Source: Dendrobates tinctorius
Taxonomy: Eukaryota
Assembly: GCF_039654945.1 (NCBI RefSeq)
Contig: NW_027361788.1
Location: forward strand, 28,520,001-28,584,000
Direction of reading: 5' to 3'
DNA: 64,000 nucleotides
Below, in pieces: positions 61,944 to 64,000 of this stretch. A model generated the notes under the pieces. That model saw only the letters and a list, made by a program, of their open reading frames with translations, searched no databases and was not told where the DNA came from. Every line of letters begins with the position of its first letter. The first letter of the stretch is position 1. The position numbers and the translations under genes are program-made.

Positions 61944-62954
61944 GTGAGCAGCCAAGACAATCCTAATTGTAGCTAGAGAAATATTAGTCATTGCTTTTCA
62001 TATAGGGATATTCTGGCTGCATCAAGTTGCTGAAACCCCTACAATCGGCAGAACGAAGGGCCAACAATTGTGGCCTCATCCCAATTGATGAGATGGCTCA
62101 GTACAGTTCTTGGCTTTTTCTGGCACTCCTTTAGACATTGAATGGTGATTGGTGAGGACCCCAGTGAATAGACCCCCAAAATCAAACAGTTATCTCTCAC
62201 CCTAAAATGATAGAAATCACCAGCTTCGTTTCATTTCATGACCTGTGACCTTTTATATAGCTATCATTGGGGGTCTCACTGGTCAGACCTCCATGATCAA
62301 GCCGTCGCCAGCAGTTTCATAGACTCGGAATGGAAATTCCATGTGCATGCGTGATCCCTGATTCGTTCCAGTCGAGGACATGGGACCCTTCTCTTGTGAT
62401 CGGTGGACGTCCTGTTAGCCACAACTCCACAATCAAGCAGTTATCGCACATCTATCAGTGCCAGCAATCCCGTAGACTCTGATTGGATCAGCCTTGTGCA
62501 TGGGTGATCCGTGCTTCGTTCCAAAGGAGGACATGGGACACTATATTGGAGATCGGTAGGGATCACATTGGTCGGACCCCCCATTCATGTACCAGGCGCC
62601 ACAGGATAAGTAGAGATTGGTGGGGTCCCAGTGGTCGGACCTCCATGATCAAGCAGTGATCACCCATCCTGCAGTACTTCGCTATTTCCAGTAGTCACAC
62701 AGACTCTGAAAGGAGTGCAAGTACACAGGTATGAACACTTCTCCAACCCAGGACTGGGTCTCCCCAGTTAGATCCTCACTGTTCTAGCAACTATCGCCTA
62801 TCCTGGGGATAAGTGATAACCTCCTTTAACTGTAATTGGTAACAATTTCACCCTTATTCCACAACTGGGTGGCAGCAAAATCCCATAAACTTTCAGCTCT
62901 GAACAAAAATATACCCTGTGGCTTTGTTCTGTACATTTATATTTCTGTATACAG

Positions 62955-63017
62955 GAAGTGGGTCAACGGCTGGGCCTTGTGGAGCCGGTGATCGTGCAGA
63001 GCATGTATATATTTAAG
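62955..63017 (+). CDS. PHYHD1: PHYHD1 coding exon 6 (63 bp)
   Basis: EVGQRLGLVEPVIVQSMYIFK. Confidence 0.95.
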
Positions 63018-63107
63018 GTACAGCAAGGTATATAGCACCAGAGATCATTCTATGTAGATTTCCCATTGGCATGCACATTAATGTAGAATTATTCTTTTTA
63101 TTTCCAG

Positions 63108-63129
63108 CAACCTAACATTGGAGGGGAAG
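63108..63129 (+). CDS. PHYHD1: PHYHD1 coding micro-exon 7 (22 bp)
   Basis: QPNIGGE(V), ttccag| and |gtaaga. Required to keep the frame. Confidence 0.92.
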
Positions 63130-63145
63130 GTAAGACAAGGAATAG

Positions 63146-63397
<252 letters not shown>

Positions 63398-64000
63398 TAA
63401 GCCGCTGACACTTCATCACACATATTTATCATCTGGATTGGGGATCAGACTGAAAACATCCATCCCATCCTATCCCAGATACATTCCAACAGATTCATGT
63501 TGGATAGATTTTAACCTATCCAAATCTTTCTTTGGCGCTCAGTGGCGCCAACATTCTGTTATCCAAAATAAATGCCTAAGCATGAATGTTTGTGGGTAAA
63601 TTTGGCCAAACGAGCATTTCGTCTTTTGTGCTTCCTAATGACCGTTTCACAAATTTGTCTCCTTAAGCTGGAATATCGCGCCGTATGGTGCGCACACCGC
63701 CAGGCTCCATACCCTGCACATCCTTCATTGGAGAAGAGCGGAGCTACCATGATGACCAGTTTGTGCCAGCCCCGGTGTCCAAAGGTGCATTACCCTAACC
63801 ACTATATCAATACATGGGGTTATGATTAAAGGGGATCTCCGGCTGTATGCATTATTTATCATAGGACCCTTGCCCTGAAACCTTCACTTACTAATGTACA
63901 AACAGGAGCACGAGGATATTTGATCCAGACTACCAGCCTTTAGGTTCCTCTTTGCTCTGTACATTATGACACCGACTTGTTTCACATATTCCATGACTAT

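Overview
Eukaryotic (vertebrate) genomic DNA, almost certainly an anuran (frog), judged from the repeat families. It carries the conserved KYAT1(-) / LRRC8A(+) / PHYHD1(+) gene block. KYAT1 and LRRC8A sit head-to-head at a shared GC-rich promoter (~21.15-21.45 kb). The window holds the 5' coding exons of KYAT1, the complete 808-codon LRRC8A CDS in two coding exons, and the first 8 coding exons of PHYHD1. The introns are packed with often nested mobile DNA: two DIRS1-type tyrosine-recombinase retrotransposons (one structurally complete), two Tc1 transposons, a 5'-truncated CR1 LINE, two related solo LTRs with 6-bp TSDs, a non-autonomous Helitron, hAT elements carrying minisatellites, many Harbinger/Tourist-like and TTAA (Kolobok/T2-like) MITEs, and several satellites. 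The most notable observations are: (1) a 96-bp exon at 19240-19335 that would add an in-frame 33-aa mitochondrial-presequence-like leader to KYAT1; (2) an AT-rich fold-back hAT element with transposase fragments resembling invertebrate hATm elements, a possible horizontal transfer; (3) a DIRS element whose two overlapping reading frames both re-open when a nested solo LTR is removed. No evidence for a wholly new biological system was found. Family assignments rest on motif recognition, not database searches.
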